Source: Nanobdellota archaeon
Lineage (GTDB): Archaea; Nanobdellota; Nanobdellia; Parvarchaeales; Parvarchaeaceae
Direction: 5' to 3'
Assembly: GCA_021800365.1 (NCBI GenBank)
Contig: JAJYZA010000001.1
Location: 19,377-83,376, forward strand
DNA: 64,000 bases
The position numbers were made by a program, and so were the translations under genes. The notes under the pieces were generated by a model. That model was not told where the DNA came from. It searched no databases and was given only the letters and a program-made list of their open reading frames with translations. Below, one piece after another: positions 37,801 through 47,167 of the stretch (position 1 is its first letter; every line of letters begins with the position of its first letter).

Positions 37801-39599
37801 CGTTCGTATTTGTAAACGGAAAACTATCTGGAAGAACTGATGATGGAGTCGGATTGGCAAAAGCACTTATAAAAGATAGGCGTGAAGGCAAATTACCACC
37901 TACGCTTAATGTAAGATACAGGGAAGAAACTGACAGTGTAATGATAAATACTGACAGCGGACGCCTCGTTAGGGCGGTAATAGTTGTAAAAAATGGAAAA
38001 GCACTGGTTACGAAAGAGGATATAAATCTTCTCGAAGGTAACCACATCGGATGGGATGACCTTGTAAAAGCCGGAAAAATAGAATATTTAGATGCTGATG
38101 AAGAGGAAGATGCATACGTTGCATTAAATGAAGAAGATCTTACGCCCCAACACACTCATATGGAAATAACGCCTCTTTCCGTTTTTGGTACACAAGCTTC
38201 ATTACTCCCATTTATAAATCATAGTAATGCCCACAGAAACGTTACGGCAGTTAAAAGTGTACAGCAAGGAGTTGGAACCTACGCTACCAATTATTTAATA
38301 AGAATGGATAATGACTCGATGATTGCGATAGACCAACAAGTGCCTATAGTAAAAACAAAAATGTATGATAATGACTACTTAAGAGATCACGTTTTTGGGC
38401 AAAACATTGTCGTAGCAGTAGTATCTTATTTAGGATATAATATGGATGATGCAATTATCATAAATAAATCTTCTATAGAGCGAGGATTATTCCGATCTAT
38501 GTTTTTTAGACCATATAAAGTAGAGGAGACAAAATACATCGGTGGCCAAAGTGATGTTATAACCATTCCAGATAAAGATGTGGCCGGGTATAGATCTGAA
38601 GACGCATATAGATTTTTAGATGAGGACGGCATATCATATCCTTCTGCAGAAGTTGATAGCGGAGATGTTTTGATAGGGAGGATCTCACCACCTAGATTCG
38701 TATCTTCAATAGATAAATTTAGACTTGGTGTGCAAAAACAAATAGAATCTTCCGTAGAGTGCAGAACCGGCGAAGGTGGGATAGTAGACTCGGTATTCTT
38801 AACTTCGACATCGGATGGCAATAAATACGTATCTTTAAAAGTCAGACAGGATAGAAGAGTAGAAGTCGGCGATAAATTTGGTTCTAGGAGTGGACAAAAG
38901 GGAGTCGTAGGAATGCTGCTAGATGAAAGCGACATGCCATTTACATATTCGGGAATTATCCCTGACCTTATTTTTTCCCCATACTCTTTACCTGCACGAA
39001 TGTCGATGGCTTATTTATTGGAGCTTTTAGGCGGAAAAGTCGGCGCTATGGCTGGACGCTATGTTGATGGAACCCCCTTTACCGGTGAATCGGAGGAAAG
39101 TTTGAGAAAAGAACTTCATGCTCACGGATTTAGAGAGAATGGGGTAGAAACCATGTATAACGGAATAACCGGCGAACAAATGCAGACTAGAATATTTATA
39201 GGTGATATGACTTACATAAGATTAAAACATTTTGTTTCAAATAAGATACAGTGGAGGGCACGCGGACCAATACAGCTCCTTACACGCCAGCCGACCGAAG
39301 GTAAATCAAAGAGCGGCGGGCTTAGACTTGGAGAAATGGAGAAAGATTGCTTTGTAGCTTATGGTGCCGCCTTATCCTTAAAAGAGAGATTTGACTCTGA
39401 TAAAATCTCGATACCTGTTTGCTCAAAATGTGGAATGATAGCAGTTTATAATGTGAAGAAAAAAACGGGCTATTGTCAGCTAGATGGAGAAGACGCGCCA
39501 ATAAAGCTAATAGAAGTATCTGCATCATTTAAGATACTTCTTGATGAACTTAAATCAGTGGGTATATACCCGAAAATAGCCGTAGGTAAAAAGGTATGA
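37797..39599 (+). CDS. rpoB1: DNA-directed RNA polymerase subunit B' (C-terminal half of split B)
   Basis: 600 aa. Rpb2 C-terminal blocks (GDKFGSRSGQKGV, GGLRLGEMEKDC) and a C-terminal zinc ribbon CSKCG...C. Confidence 0.9.
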   Translation: MTFVFVNGKLSGRTDDGVGLAKALIKDRREGKLPPTLNVRYREETDSVMINTDSGRLVRAVIVVKNGKALVTKEDINLLEGNHIGWDDLVKAGKIEYLDADEEEDAYVALNEEDLTPQHTHMEITPLSVFGTQASLLPFINHSNAHRNVTAVKSVQQGVGTYATNYLIRMDNDSMIAIDQQVPIVKTKMYDNDYLRDHVFGQNIVVAVVSYLGYNMDDAIIINKSSIERGLFRSMFFRPYKVEETKYIGGQSDVITIPDKDVAGYRSEDAYRFLDEDGISYPSAEVDSGDVLIGRISPPRFVSSIDKFRLGVQKQIESSVECRTGEGGIVDSVFLTSTSDGNKYVSLKVRQDRRVEVGDKFGSRSGQKGVVGMLLDESDMPFTYSGIIPDLIFSPYSLPARMSMAYLLELLGGKVGAMAGRYVDGTPFTGESEESLRKELHAHGFRENGVETMYNGITGEQMQTRIFIGDMTYIRLKHFVSNKIQWRARGPIQLLTRQPTEGKSKSGGLRLGEMEKDCFVAYGAALSLKERFDSDKISIPVCSKCGMIAVYNVKKKTGYCQLDGEDAPIKLIEVSASFKILLDELKSVGIYPKIAVGKKV

Positions 39600-42118
39600 A
39601 ACTTGATTCAAATTTTGTCTTTAATAAAATAAACGGAATAGAATTTGGATTGCTTTCTCCAAAGACTATACAAAAAATGAGCGCCGTAGCGGTTACTTCA
39701 TCTGAATTATATGACATAGATGGTTTTCCTATTGACGGGGGATTATCAGACCTTAGAATGGGAGTAACAGATCCTGGTCTAACTTGTAAGACTTGCGGGA
39801 ATACGATAAAAGACTGCCCCGGTCACTTTGGTCACATAGAATTAGCACGGGCCATTTTCAATATAAAAATGGTACCATATGTATACAATGTAATAAATTC
39901 TACATGCAATATCTGCGGCAGAGTATTGGTGCCGGAAAACACATTAAAAAAATTAAGTGAATCGATTGTATCGACGGAAACAAATGAAGGCAATCAAAAA
40001 AAGAATAAACTAATAAAAGCGATAATAAAACATGCAAAAAATGTTACGGTATGCCCATTTTGCAAGGAACGCCAACAAAAGATAAAATTAGAAAAACCAT
40101 ATACATTTTTGTATGGAAATCAGAAGCTAACACCAGTAGATGTTTTAGAGCGCCTAGAAAAAATAAAGGATTCTGACTTACAATTCTTAGGGCTAGATCC
40201 AGACCACTCTCGACCTGAATGGATGGTAATAACCGTATTACCTGTGCCACCTATCACTATAAGACCGTCTATAACCCTTGAAAATGGGCAGAGAAGTGAA
40301 GATGACCTTACACACAAACTTACAGATATAGTAAGAACAAATCAACGATTGGCAGAAAATATAAAATCTGGGGCGCCTGAAATAATCATTGATGAACTTT
40401 GGGATCTTCTTCAGTACCATATAACAACGTTCATTTCAAATGGCACTGCACAAGTCCCAATAGCAAGACATAAGTCCGGAAAGAAGCTAAAGACGCTTGA
40501 AGACAGGGTAAAAGGGAAGGAGGGCCGATTTAGAGGTTCTGTATTAGGAAAACGAGTAAACTACGGTGCACGTTCCGTAATTGCTCCAGATTCATTTCTT
40601 AGATTTGACGAAGTCGGAATTCCATTACGAATTGCACGAGAGATTACGTATCCGGAATATGTAACGGACATTAACATCGATAGGCTAAAAACCCTTATAA
40701 AAAACTATGATTCTTACCCCGGGGCTAATTACGTAATAACTCCAGACGGGATAAAAAAGAAAATAACTGAGTCTACCTCGACTAATTTAATAGAAGAGCT
40801 TAAACAAGGTTACATAGTTGAAAGGCACCTTATGGATGGTGATGTTGTTCTATTTAATCGACAGCCATCTCTCCACAGACAATCAATAATGGGACACTAT
40901 GCGCGGATATTACCATATAATACCCTTGGTATAAGTCCAGCATCAACGCTACCATATAATGCTGACTTTGATGGAGACGAGATGAATATCCATATATTAC
41001 AAAATGAAGAAGCAATTGCAGAAGCCGACATGCTTCTAAATATAAAGCATAATATCGTCTCCCCGAGACACGGGCTGCCACTTATAGGTGCTTTACAGGA
41101 TTTCATATCTGGATGCGCGATGCTCACTTCTGGGGGAATGATTATAGATAAAAGAACCGCTGAATTTTTACTAGCGAATATCGGTGTTGAAGTTCCATTA
41201 AAGAAGGATAAATATACAGGTAGAGAGATATTCAGCATGTTATTACCGAAAGATTTTAATTTTGAAAGCCCAAGTACTACCTTTAATATAACAAAAGATG
41301 ACAACAGTTACGTAAGAATAAAAAATGGCAAATTAGAAACCGGGGTTATAGATAGTGCAACTATAGGTAAAGAGAATGGAAGCCTGCTTCAATTTATGTT
41401 TGTTAGATATGGTGCGGACATTACCGCGCGATTTATAGATCAGTTCTCAAGATTAAGCTTGATGGTATTATTGAAATATGGAATGAGCGTAAACATAAGT
41501 GATTTTGACATGCCACAAGCAGCGTATACCAAAATAGCGGAGACGTTAAATGAAGGCGAGGCAGAGGCACACAACATTCTTAAAACTTATGGCTCTGCCG
41601 CTGAGCCGCAGATTATAAGCCTTACAAATCGATTAAGATTCCGCGTGAGAAACGTAATAAATACTTTCATCCGCACAAAAAATAATAATGTGGAAAATAT
41701 GATGAATACCGGTGCAAAAGGTAGCATGGTAAATCTTATCCCTACTATAGGTGTTGTCGGGCAATCTCTATTGCGAGATGCAAGGATGACAAACGGTTTC
41801 GAGAAAAGGATAACTTCACATTTTATGAAAGACGATAACGGCTTAAAGGCGAGAGGATTTGTAAAGTCTAGTTATATGGCAGGATTAAACCCGGTAGAAT
41901 ATTTTGTTCATGCAGCGAGTAGTCGAGAAGGTTTAATGGACAATGTCATTCGTACTCCCGTATCTGGTTACATGCAGAGAAGACTATCAACCGCACTGCA
42001 AGATCTCCGCGTAGCAAAGGACTTATCGGTTCGGCTAGGGAATAAAATAGTACAATTTACTTATGGAGAAGACGGGATAGATGTCTCCGCAAGTGACAAG
42101 GGGGACCTAAGGATATAA
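39596..42118 (+). CDS. rpoA1: DNA-directed RNA polymerase subunit A'
   Basis: 840 aa. Zinc fingers (CKTCG...C), [10 protein letters not shown] catalytic aspartate triad. Confidence 0.9.
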   Translation: MKLDSNFVFNKINGIEFGLLSPKTIQKMSAVAVTSSELYDIDGFPIDGGLSDLRMGVTDPGLTCKTCGNTIKDCPGHFGHIELARAIFNIKMVPYVYNVINSTCNICGRVLVPENTLKKLSESIVSTETNEGNQKKNKLIKAIIKHAKNVTVCPFCKERQQKIKLEKPYTFLYGNQKLTPVDVLERLEKIKDSDLQFLGLDPDHSRPEWMVITVLPVPPITIRPSITLENGQRSEDDLTHKLTDIVRTNQRLAENIKSGAPEIIIDELWDLLQYHITTFISNGTAQVPIARHKSGKKLKTLEDRVKGKEGRFRGSVLGKRVNYGARSVIAPDSFLRFDEVGIPLRIAREITYPEYVTDINIDRLKTLIKNYDSYPGANYVITPDGIKKKITESTSTNLIEELKQGYIVERHLMDGDVVLFNRQPSLHRQSIMGHYARILPYNTLGISPASTLPYNADFDGDEMNIHILQNEEAIAEADMLLNIKHNIVSPRHGLPLIGALQDFISGCAMLTSGGMIIDKRTAEFLLANIGVEVPLKKDKYTGREIFSMLLPKDFNFESPSTTFNITKDDNSYVRIKNGKLETGVIDSATIGKENGSLLQFMFVRYGADITARFIDQFSRLSLMVLLKYGMSVNISDFDMPQAAYTKIAETLNEGEAEAHNILKTYGSAAEPQIISLTNRLRFRVRNVINTFIRTKNNNVENMMNTGAKGSMVNLIPTIGVVGQSLLRDARMTNGFEKRITSHFMKDDNGLKARGFVKSSYMAGLNPVEYFVHAASSREGLMDNVIRTPVSGYMQRRLSTALQDLRVAKDLSVRLGNKIVQFTYGEDGIDVSASDKGDLRI

Positions 42119-42119
42119 T

Positions 42120-43241
42120 ATGGAGATACCTGAAAAATATCTACGTGCTTTTAAAAACAAGTACGGTGAAGACGCCAATATAGAAGAACTAAAAAAGATT
42201 TATGAAAAGGCACTTATAACACCGGGTGAAGACGTTGGAGTCATAGCTGCTCAAAGTATCGGAGAAGCAAGTACTCAATTAACATTAAGGACAAAACACA
42301 CTGCCGGACTTACTATAATAAACACTACAACGGGACTTCCACGTTTAATAGAAATATTCGATGCAAAAAAGGATATTTCCACCCCCTTTATGGATGTATA
42401 CTTAAAACCGGAATTTGCCAAATCAAAACAAAAGGCTACAGAATTAGCAGATAGTATAATTGAAGTAAAAATAGGCGATTTGGTTTCATCATATGATATA
42501 TCAATGAAGAGAAAAGCAATAGAACTCCTTTTCGATAAAGATGCTCTCAAGACGTATGGAATCACATTAAGAACGGTATTGAGTAAACTAGAAAAAATGA
42601 AGTTGCCTGTGCATATGGAAGATAATAAGATAGTTATAACGGATAAAACTGCAGACAATGTAAAGAAATTAATAAAGTTACGAAGCAAACTTACCGAAAC
42701 TAATTTATCTGGCATACCGCACATCTCTAGAGCGATATTAAACCGCGATAAGGAGGGTAATTTCTGGATAAAAACAGTTGGTACTAATTTAGAGGCGATA
42801 TTAAAACTCGATGACGTAGACCAGACAAGAACCATATCGAATGATATAATAGAGGTTTCTAAAGTGCTTGGGATAGAAGCCGCTCGAAACCTAATAGTTA
42901 GCGAAGTTTACAACACACTGCAAAGCGTTGGTCTAAAAGTAGACTTAAGACACATATTCGTTATTTCTGATGCAATGTGCATGGATGGGACTGTTAAGGG
43001 AATAGGCAGATATGGTCTTAGTGGTGAAACTGAATCTGTTTTTGCTCGTGCCGCGTTTGAAATTCCGCTAAAACATATCGTAGAAGCGGGTTTATATCAT
43101 GAAACAGATAAATTTGATTATGTAGCAAACAATATTATGTCAAACCAGGTTATACCGGTGGGAACAGGATCAATAAAATTAATAGTGAAAAAAGATGGAA
43201 CAGAAGATAAAGGAAAGACTAAAGGAAAAGATAAAGAATAA
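42120..43241 (+). CDS. rpoA2: DNA-directed RNA polymerase subunit A''
   Basis: 373 aa. Rpb1 C-terminal (trigger-loop region) homology, directly following rpoA'. Confidence 0.9.
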   Translation: MEIPEKYLRAFKNKYGEDANIEELKKIYEKALITPGEDVGVIAAQSIGEASTQLTLRTKHTAGLTIINTTTGLPRLIEIFDAKKDISTPFMDVYLKPEFAKSKQKATELADSIIEVKIGDLVSSYDISMKRKAIELLFDKDALKTYGITLRTVLSKLEKMKLPVHMEDNKIVITDKTADNVKKLIKLRSKLTETNLSGIPHISRAILNRDKEGNFWIKTVGTNLEAILKLDDVDQTRTISNDIIEVSKVLGIEAARNLIVSEVYNTLQSVGLKVDLRHIFVISDAMCMDGTVKGIGRYGLSGETESVFARAAFEIPLKHIVEAGLYHETDKFDYVANNIMSNQVIPVGTGSIKLIVKKDGTEDKGKTKGKDKE

Positions 43242-43452
43242 TGCAGTTTCTGTAGGCAAGAATTCGACGGTACGAGCTGCCGAGAAGAAGGAACTAGAAT
43301 TTATAGTTTATGCTTCTAACGCGAGTCCTAACCTGATAAAGGATGTTTCAAATCTCGGCGTCGAAATTTATAAATATGAAGGGGACAGTGAAGCTTTATC
43401 AATCGCTTGCAGTAAGTCGTTTAACATTTCTGTTATCGGTGCAAAGAAGTAG
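43195..43452 (+). CDS. rpl30e: 50S ribosomal protein L30e
   Basis: [37 protein letters not shown] is an L30e/L7Ae-fold signature in the canonical position after rpoA''. Confidence 0.75.
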   Translation: MEQKIKERLKEKIKNNAVSVGKNSTVRAAEKKELEFIVYASNASPNLIKDVSNLGVEIYKYEGDSEALSIACSKSFNISVIGAKK

Positions 43453-43454
43453 AT

Positions 43455-43859
43455 ATGAATATAAAACTAGATAGTGACACCATCTCTTCAATGAATGTTT
43501 TCTCCGATGTCACTTCTGTGGTGCCTAGAGACTGTATTAATTCTACTGATAAGATAATTTTTATAGTCAACCAAGGTCAGGCTGGGATAGCTATAGGAAA
43601 AAATGGTACAAAAACTAAGATGCTGCAAGATATGCTTAAAAAAACGGTTTTGATTATAGAATATTCGGATGATCCTGTAAAATTCTTAGAAAACATTCTG
43701 TGGCCTGAGAAGTTGGTTTCTGGCTATGTGGCTAGCAACATTGAAGAAGGTAAAAAACTAGAGGCGTCCGTTCACGGAAAAATAAATAATTCTAAGCTAA
43801 AACTGGCAAAGACACTTATGCAAAGGTATTTTAATATAATAAGTATAAATATAAGATAA
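43455..43859 (+). CDS. nusA: archaeal NusA-like KH-domain transcription termination factor
   Basis: 134 aa with KH-type GIAIGKNGTKTKMLQDML motif. Conserved position between rpl30e and rps12. Confidence 0.7.
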   Translation: MNIKLDSDTISSMNVFSDVTSVVPRDCINSTDKIIFIVNQGQAGIAIGKNGTKTKMLQDMLKKTVLIIEYSDDPVKFLENILWPEKLVSGYVASNIEEGKKLEASVHGKINNSKLKLAKTLMQRYFNIISINIR

Positions 43860-43865
43860 AATCAC

Positions 43866-44303
43866 ATGGGAAATAAAACGCGTGGGCTATTTAATGGCAG
43901 GATGCTCTTAAAAAGAAAGGCGCGGGTGCGCTTTAGTAAAAATAGGAGTCACCCACATTTTTTAGGGACATGGAAAAAATACGACCCTCTAGAAGGTGCA
44001 CCACAAGCACGGGGTATAGTACTAGAAAAAGTCGAGATAACTCCGAAAAAACCATCATCCGGAAAAAGAAAATCTTGTAAAGTGCAACTTACAAAAAATG
44101 GTAAGATGCTAACTGCGTATATTCCTTTTAATAAGGGGGTCTCATTTGTCGATGAACACAATGACGTCGTAGTAGAACGAATAGGGGGGGCACAAAAAGG
44201 TGCTAGAGGCGACCTACCCGGCGTAAAATTTAGGATAACTAAAGTTAACGGGATAGCGCTTAAAGAACTTGTAAAAGGAAGAAAACAAAAGCCAATGAGA
44301 TAA
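43866..44303 (+). CDS. rps12: 30S ribosomal protein S12
   Basis: PKKPSSGKRKSCKVQLTKNGKMLTAYIP...RGDLPGVKFRI match conserved uS12 blocks. Confidence 0.9.
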   Translation: MGNKTRGLFNGRMLLKRKARVRFSKNRSHPHFLGTWKKYDPLEGAPQARGIVLEKVEITPKKPSSGKRKSCKVQLTKNGKMLTAYIPFNKGVSFVDEHNDVVVERIGGAQKGARGDLPGVKFRITKVNGIALKELVKGRKQKPMR

Positions 44304-44304
44304 G

Positions 44305-44967
44305 ATGGAAGAAGAAAAATTAAAAACTGAAAAGGAAGCGGAAGGAAAACCTAAGACGACGGAAAAGGGAGAAGCGCTTCCAGATTTTCAATTATTTGAT
44401 AAGTACAACTTTAACATAATAATTAAAGACCCCGGATTAGCAAAAGTTATATCCTTAAAACCAATTATAATACCAAAAAGCTCAGGTAGATTATCGCAAC
44501 AACGACTAGCGAGAGCAAAGGTAAACATCGTAGAAAGACTGATGGCGCATTTAATGGTGCCGGGTCACAAAGGGAAGAAGCATCTTAGGACATCAAAGAT
44601 GGCTTCGGGTAGATTTTATACTGCGTTCAATATCGTTAATAGCGCATTTGATCGCATACAGAGAGAAGGAAAAAATCCGTTAGAAGTGCTTGTAAGGGCA
44701 ATAGAGAATACTGCGCCTAGGGAAGAAGTTATGAATCTGCTTATATCTGGACAAAGAATAGCCAAACAAGTTGACACTTCGCCGATGAGAAGACTTGACC
44801 TCTCACTAAGATGGATCGCAGAAGGTACATTTCAGTTGTCATTTTCTGGCAAAAAAGCCAAAGATGCATTATATGAGATTCTCATGGGTGCATATAACAA
44901 TTTAGATTCGTGTTTCCCCGTATCAAAACGCATAGACACGGAAAGACAGGCGGCATCGAGTCGTTAA
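44305..44967 (+). CDS. rps7: 30S ribosomal protein S7
   Basis: uS7 fold blocks (LMVPGHKGKK..., AIENTAPREEV) with a Lys/Glu-rich N-terminal extension. Confidence 0.85.
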   Translation: MEEEKLKTEKEAEGKPKTTEKGEALPDFQLFDKYNFNIIIKDPGLAKVISLKPIIIPKSSGRLSQQRLARAKVNIVERLMAHLMVPGHKGKKHLRTSKMASGRFYTAFNIVNSAFDRIQREGKNPLEVLVRAIENTAPREEVMNLLISGQRIAKQVDTSPMRRLDLSLRWIAEGTFQLSFSGKKAKDALYEILMGAYNNLDSCFPVSKRIDTERQAASSR

Positions 44968-45518
44968 TAAGCAGATTTAGCTAACTTAAAACGCTCAAGT
45001 TTTGGTATTTCATTGCTATAGTCTTTTTTGAATTTTGGGGGGAGTTTCCGTGCAATTATAAATGACTCTAGTTGATTTACTACCTTAGATAAGTTCTTCG
45101 TATTATCTATTTGCAGTACGTTTTTATGTAGTTCTCTAGTTTCGATAAAACTACCATCTAAAGCTTCGAACATTATGTTGTCATATTTCTTTTCTTTGTT
45201 ATACCTTCGTTTAGAAAGGCGCTTTCTAAGTATTAGTGGGTCACATCTAAGAACTATGAATAAATCTATCTTTTTTGAGGTTAAAAAATGTGCTAAATGT
45301 GATACTAATATCGTGTTATCTTTAATGTACTTATCCGCTATGCGTTTAAAAGCCGATATAGAAATTTCTAGTTCTTTATTTTCTGTAATATTGAGATGAT
45401 CCGAAAGTCTTATAAATTTATAACCGAGCCTATTGGCAAGTGCTTTACCAACGGTGCTTTTACCGGTTCCGGGGGTACCGCATATCGCGATTATCATAAA
45501 ATTTTTTTGTCTAAACAA
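44964..45518 (-). CDS. putative adenylate kinase / NTPase (Fap7/AK6-like)
   Basis: P-loop IAICGTPGTGKSTVGKALA. 184 aa, typical of archaeal Fap7-type kinase. Confidence 0.6.
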   Translation of the reverse strand: MFRQKNFMIIAICGTPGTGKSTVGKALANRLGYKFIRLSDHLNITENKELEISISAFKRIADKYIKDNTILVSHLAHFLTSKKIDLFIVLRCDPLILRKRLSKRRYNKEKKYDNIMFEALDGSFIETRELHKNVLQIDNTKNLSKVVNQLESFIIARKLPPKFKKDYSNEIPKLERFKLAKSAY

Positions 45519-45561
45519 CCTTAAATATGAGCTGATATTAATTACATAATATTTAAGCTAT

Positions 45562-47067
45562 ATGGTAACCGAATACCCTCCAAAACCATCTAATTTATTA
45601 GACTTATTAATTACTAATAAAAAGGATGAAATAATAAAGTATTTTACGCCGGAAGGTTTAAAAGCATCTGAATACATTCGGCGGCTAGCCGATAACTTAG
45701 AACTTCTTAATTATAATACCGCGGTTGGTGAGTACGGAGAGATAGGCGTAGAAAGATTCTATAGAGAGCTCCTTGGCCTTTGGGAACAACGCAATTACGT
45801 CGATATAAGACCGGTTCCTAGGAACTACAAAAAGATTAGAATACCGATACACAAAGGAGAAACAAATAACTTGGAAGAGAAACTGAGTATCAAAAAAAAT
45901 AAACTTAACGCCCTTAAGGATAAAGTTATCGATGCACTCAGCTGGGTCGCTTTCCCATTAAAATTCATGTCAAAAACTTACGATTTTATATTAAAAAAAA
46001 CTAATAACCACCTGCTCTCTTATGCAGTTTCCATAATACCTTTTTATGAAACTCTTCAGCTGAGTGGAATGGTGGCCTTTTCTGCATTTGCTTCTTCCAC
46101 GTATAATCTACCATTTTTAGCTACATTAAACACCGTACTAGATTTTACTTTTTTACCGGCATTCATATACGGGGGTGCTGCTGAATGCTTAGCCGCAGTA
46201 GGTATATTGGGCGGAATCGTTGCTGCGGAAAGTCGCTTTTTTTCTGTTTCTAAAATAGATAAAGATGAGATAGTGCGGGACATATCGAAACTTAGTACGG
46301 AGTTTTATACGGTATGGTCAAGATATAATAAATTTATAAATAATTCAAAAGCCGCAAGTGTATCGTTAGCCGAATTAAATGCAACTTATATGCTGATCAC
46401 TACGAAAAACAGCTTTTGCGATAAACCCAGCAGAAAAGAACTTAAAGATCATGACGTGCGGCTTTTAGCGTCTATAGAACATTCACTCGGCAAAAAAGTC
46501 AGTCGTTATAGTATAATTCACCACTCTTTCGAGGGCGTTGGAGGTATAACAGCGATGGTACCTTCTGTGCTCATGGGAAAAATAACCAGAAAGCACGCAT
46601 TTGGTCCGATATTCATAAATAAGAACAGAATAAGTGCACACCCTTCATACGATTTTGCTGTTGCACATGAATTTGCACATGCTGCTGGCGCGATTACAGA
46701 ACCGATGGCGAATTATCACGCATTAAATGCATTTGATGACCTAGCGGATAAATATCCTAGATGCGGTTATGATCTATACGCAACAACGAATCGGCTATGC
46801 TTCGCGGTTAGTGCACTGAGCACAAAAATAAAAGACACTGCGGTCCTAAAAGCCACGCTTAAAAAAGCGGGCGTTCCGACATTTGTTTTGCAAGCATTTG
46901 ATGAAAATTTTGACCCAGAACATTCTCCCGTACCGCCATTAAAAAATACACTAGAAAACATTACTGAATCAAAATTTGCCGACCTATACGCTGCAAGTTC
47001 CTATATAGCGTCAAAATTAGTTGAACATAATGAGGTAAAGCCATTTAGCTATAGAAAATACAAGTAA
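45562..47067 (+). CDS. hypothetical protein with HExxH metalloprotease-like motif and a central hydrophobic region
   Basis: 501 aa. FAVAHEFAHAAGAITEP (HExxH) near residue 365. Hydrophobic segment around residues 150-215. No other recognisable domain. Confidence 0.3.
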   Translation: MVTEYPPKPSNLLDLLITNKKDEIIKYFTPEGLKASEYIRRLADNLELLNYNTAVGEYGEIGVERFYRELLGLWEQRNYVDIRPVPRNYKKIRIPIHKGETNNLEEKLSIKKNKLNALKDKVIDALSWVAFPLKFMSKTYDFILKKTNNHLLSYAVSIIPFYETLQLSGMVAFSAFASSTYNLPFLATLNTVLDFTFLPAFIYGGAAECLAAVGILGGIVAAESRFFSVSKIDKDEIVRDISKLSTEFYTVWSRYNKFINNSKAASVSLAELNATYMLITTKNSFCDKPSRKELKDHDVRLLASIEHSLGKKVSRYSIIHHSFEGVGGITAMVPSVLMGKITRKHAFGPIFINKNRISAHPSYDFAVAHEFAHAAGAITEPMANYHALNAFDDLADKYPRCGYDLYATTNRLCFAVSALSTKIKDTAVLKATLKKAGVPTFVLQAFDENFDPEHSPVPPLKNTLENITESKFADLYAASSYIASKLVEHNEVKPFSYRKYK

Positions 47068-47167
47068 TCTGTGCATAATTTTAATACTACTTAAGTAAAT
47101 CGAAAAATATACGCCGGAATTAATGCTTAAATTGTTTGATTTTTAAGACTATATTATAAGATACATA

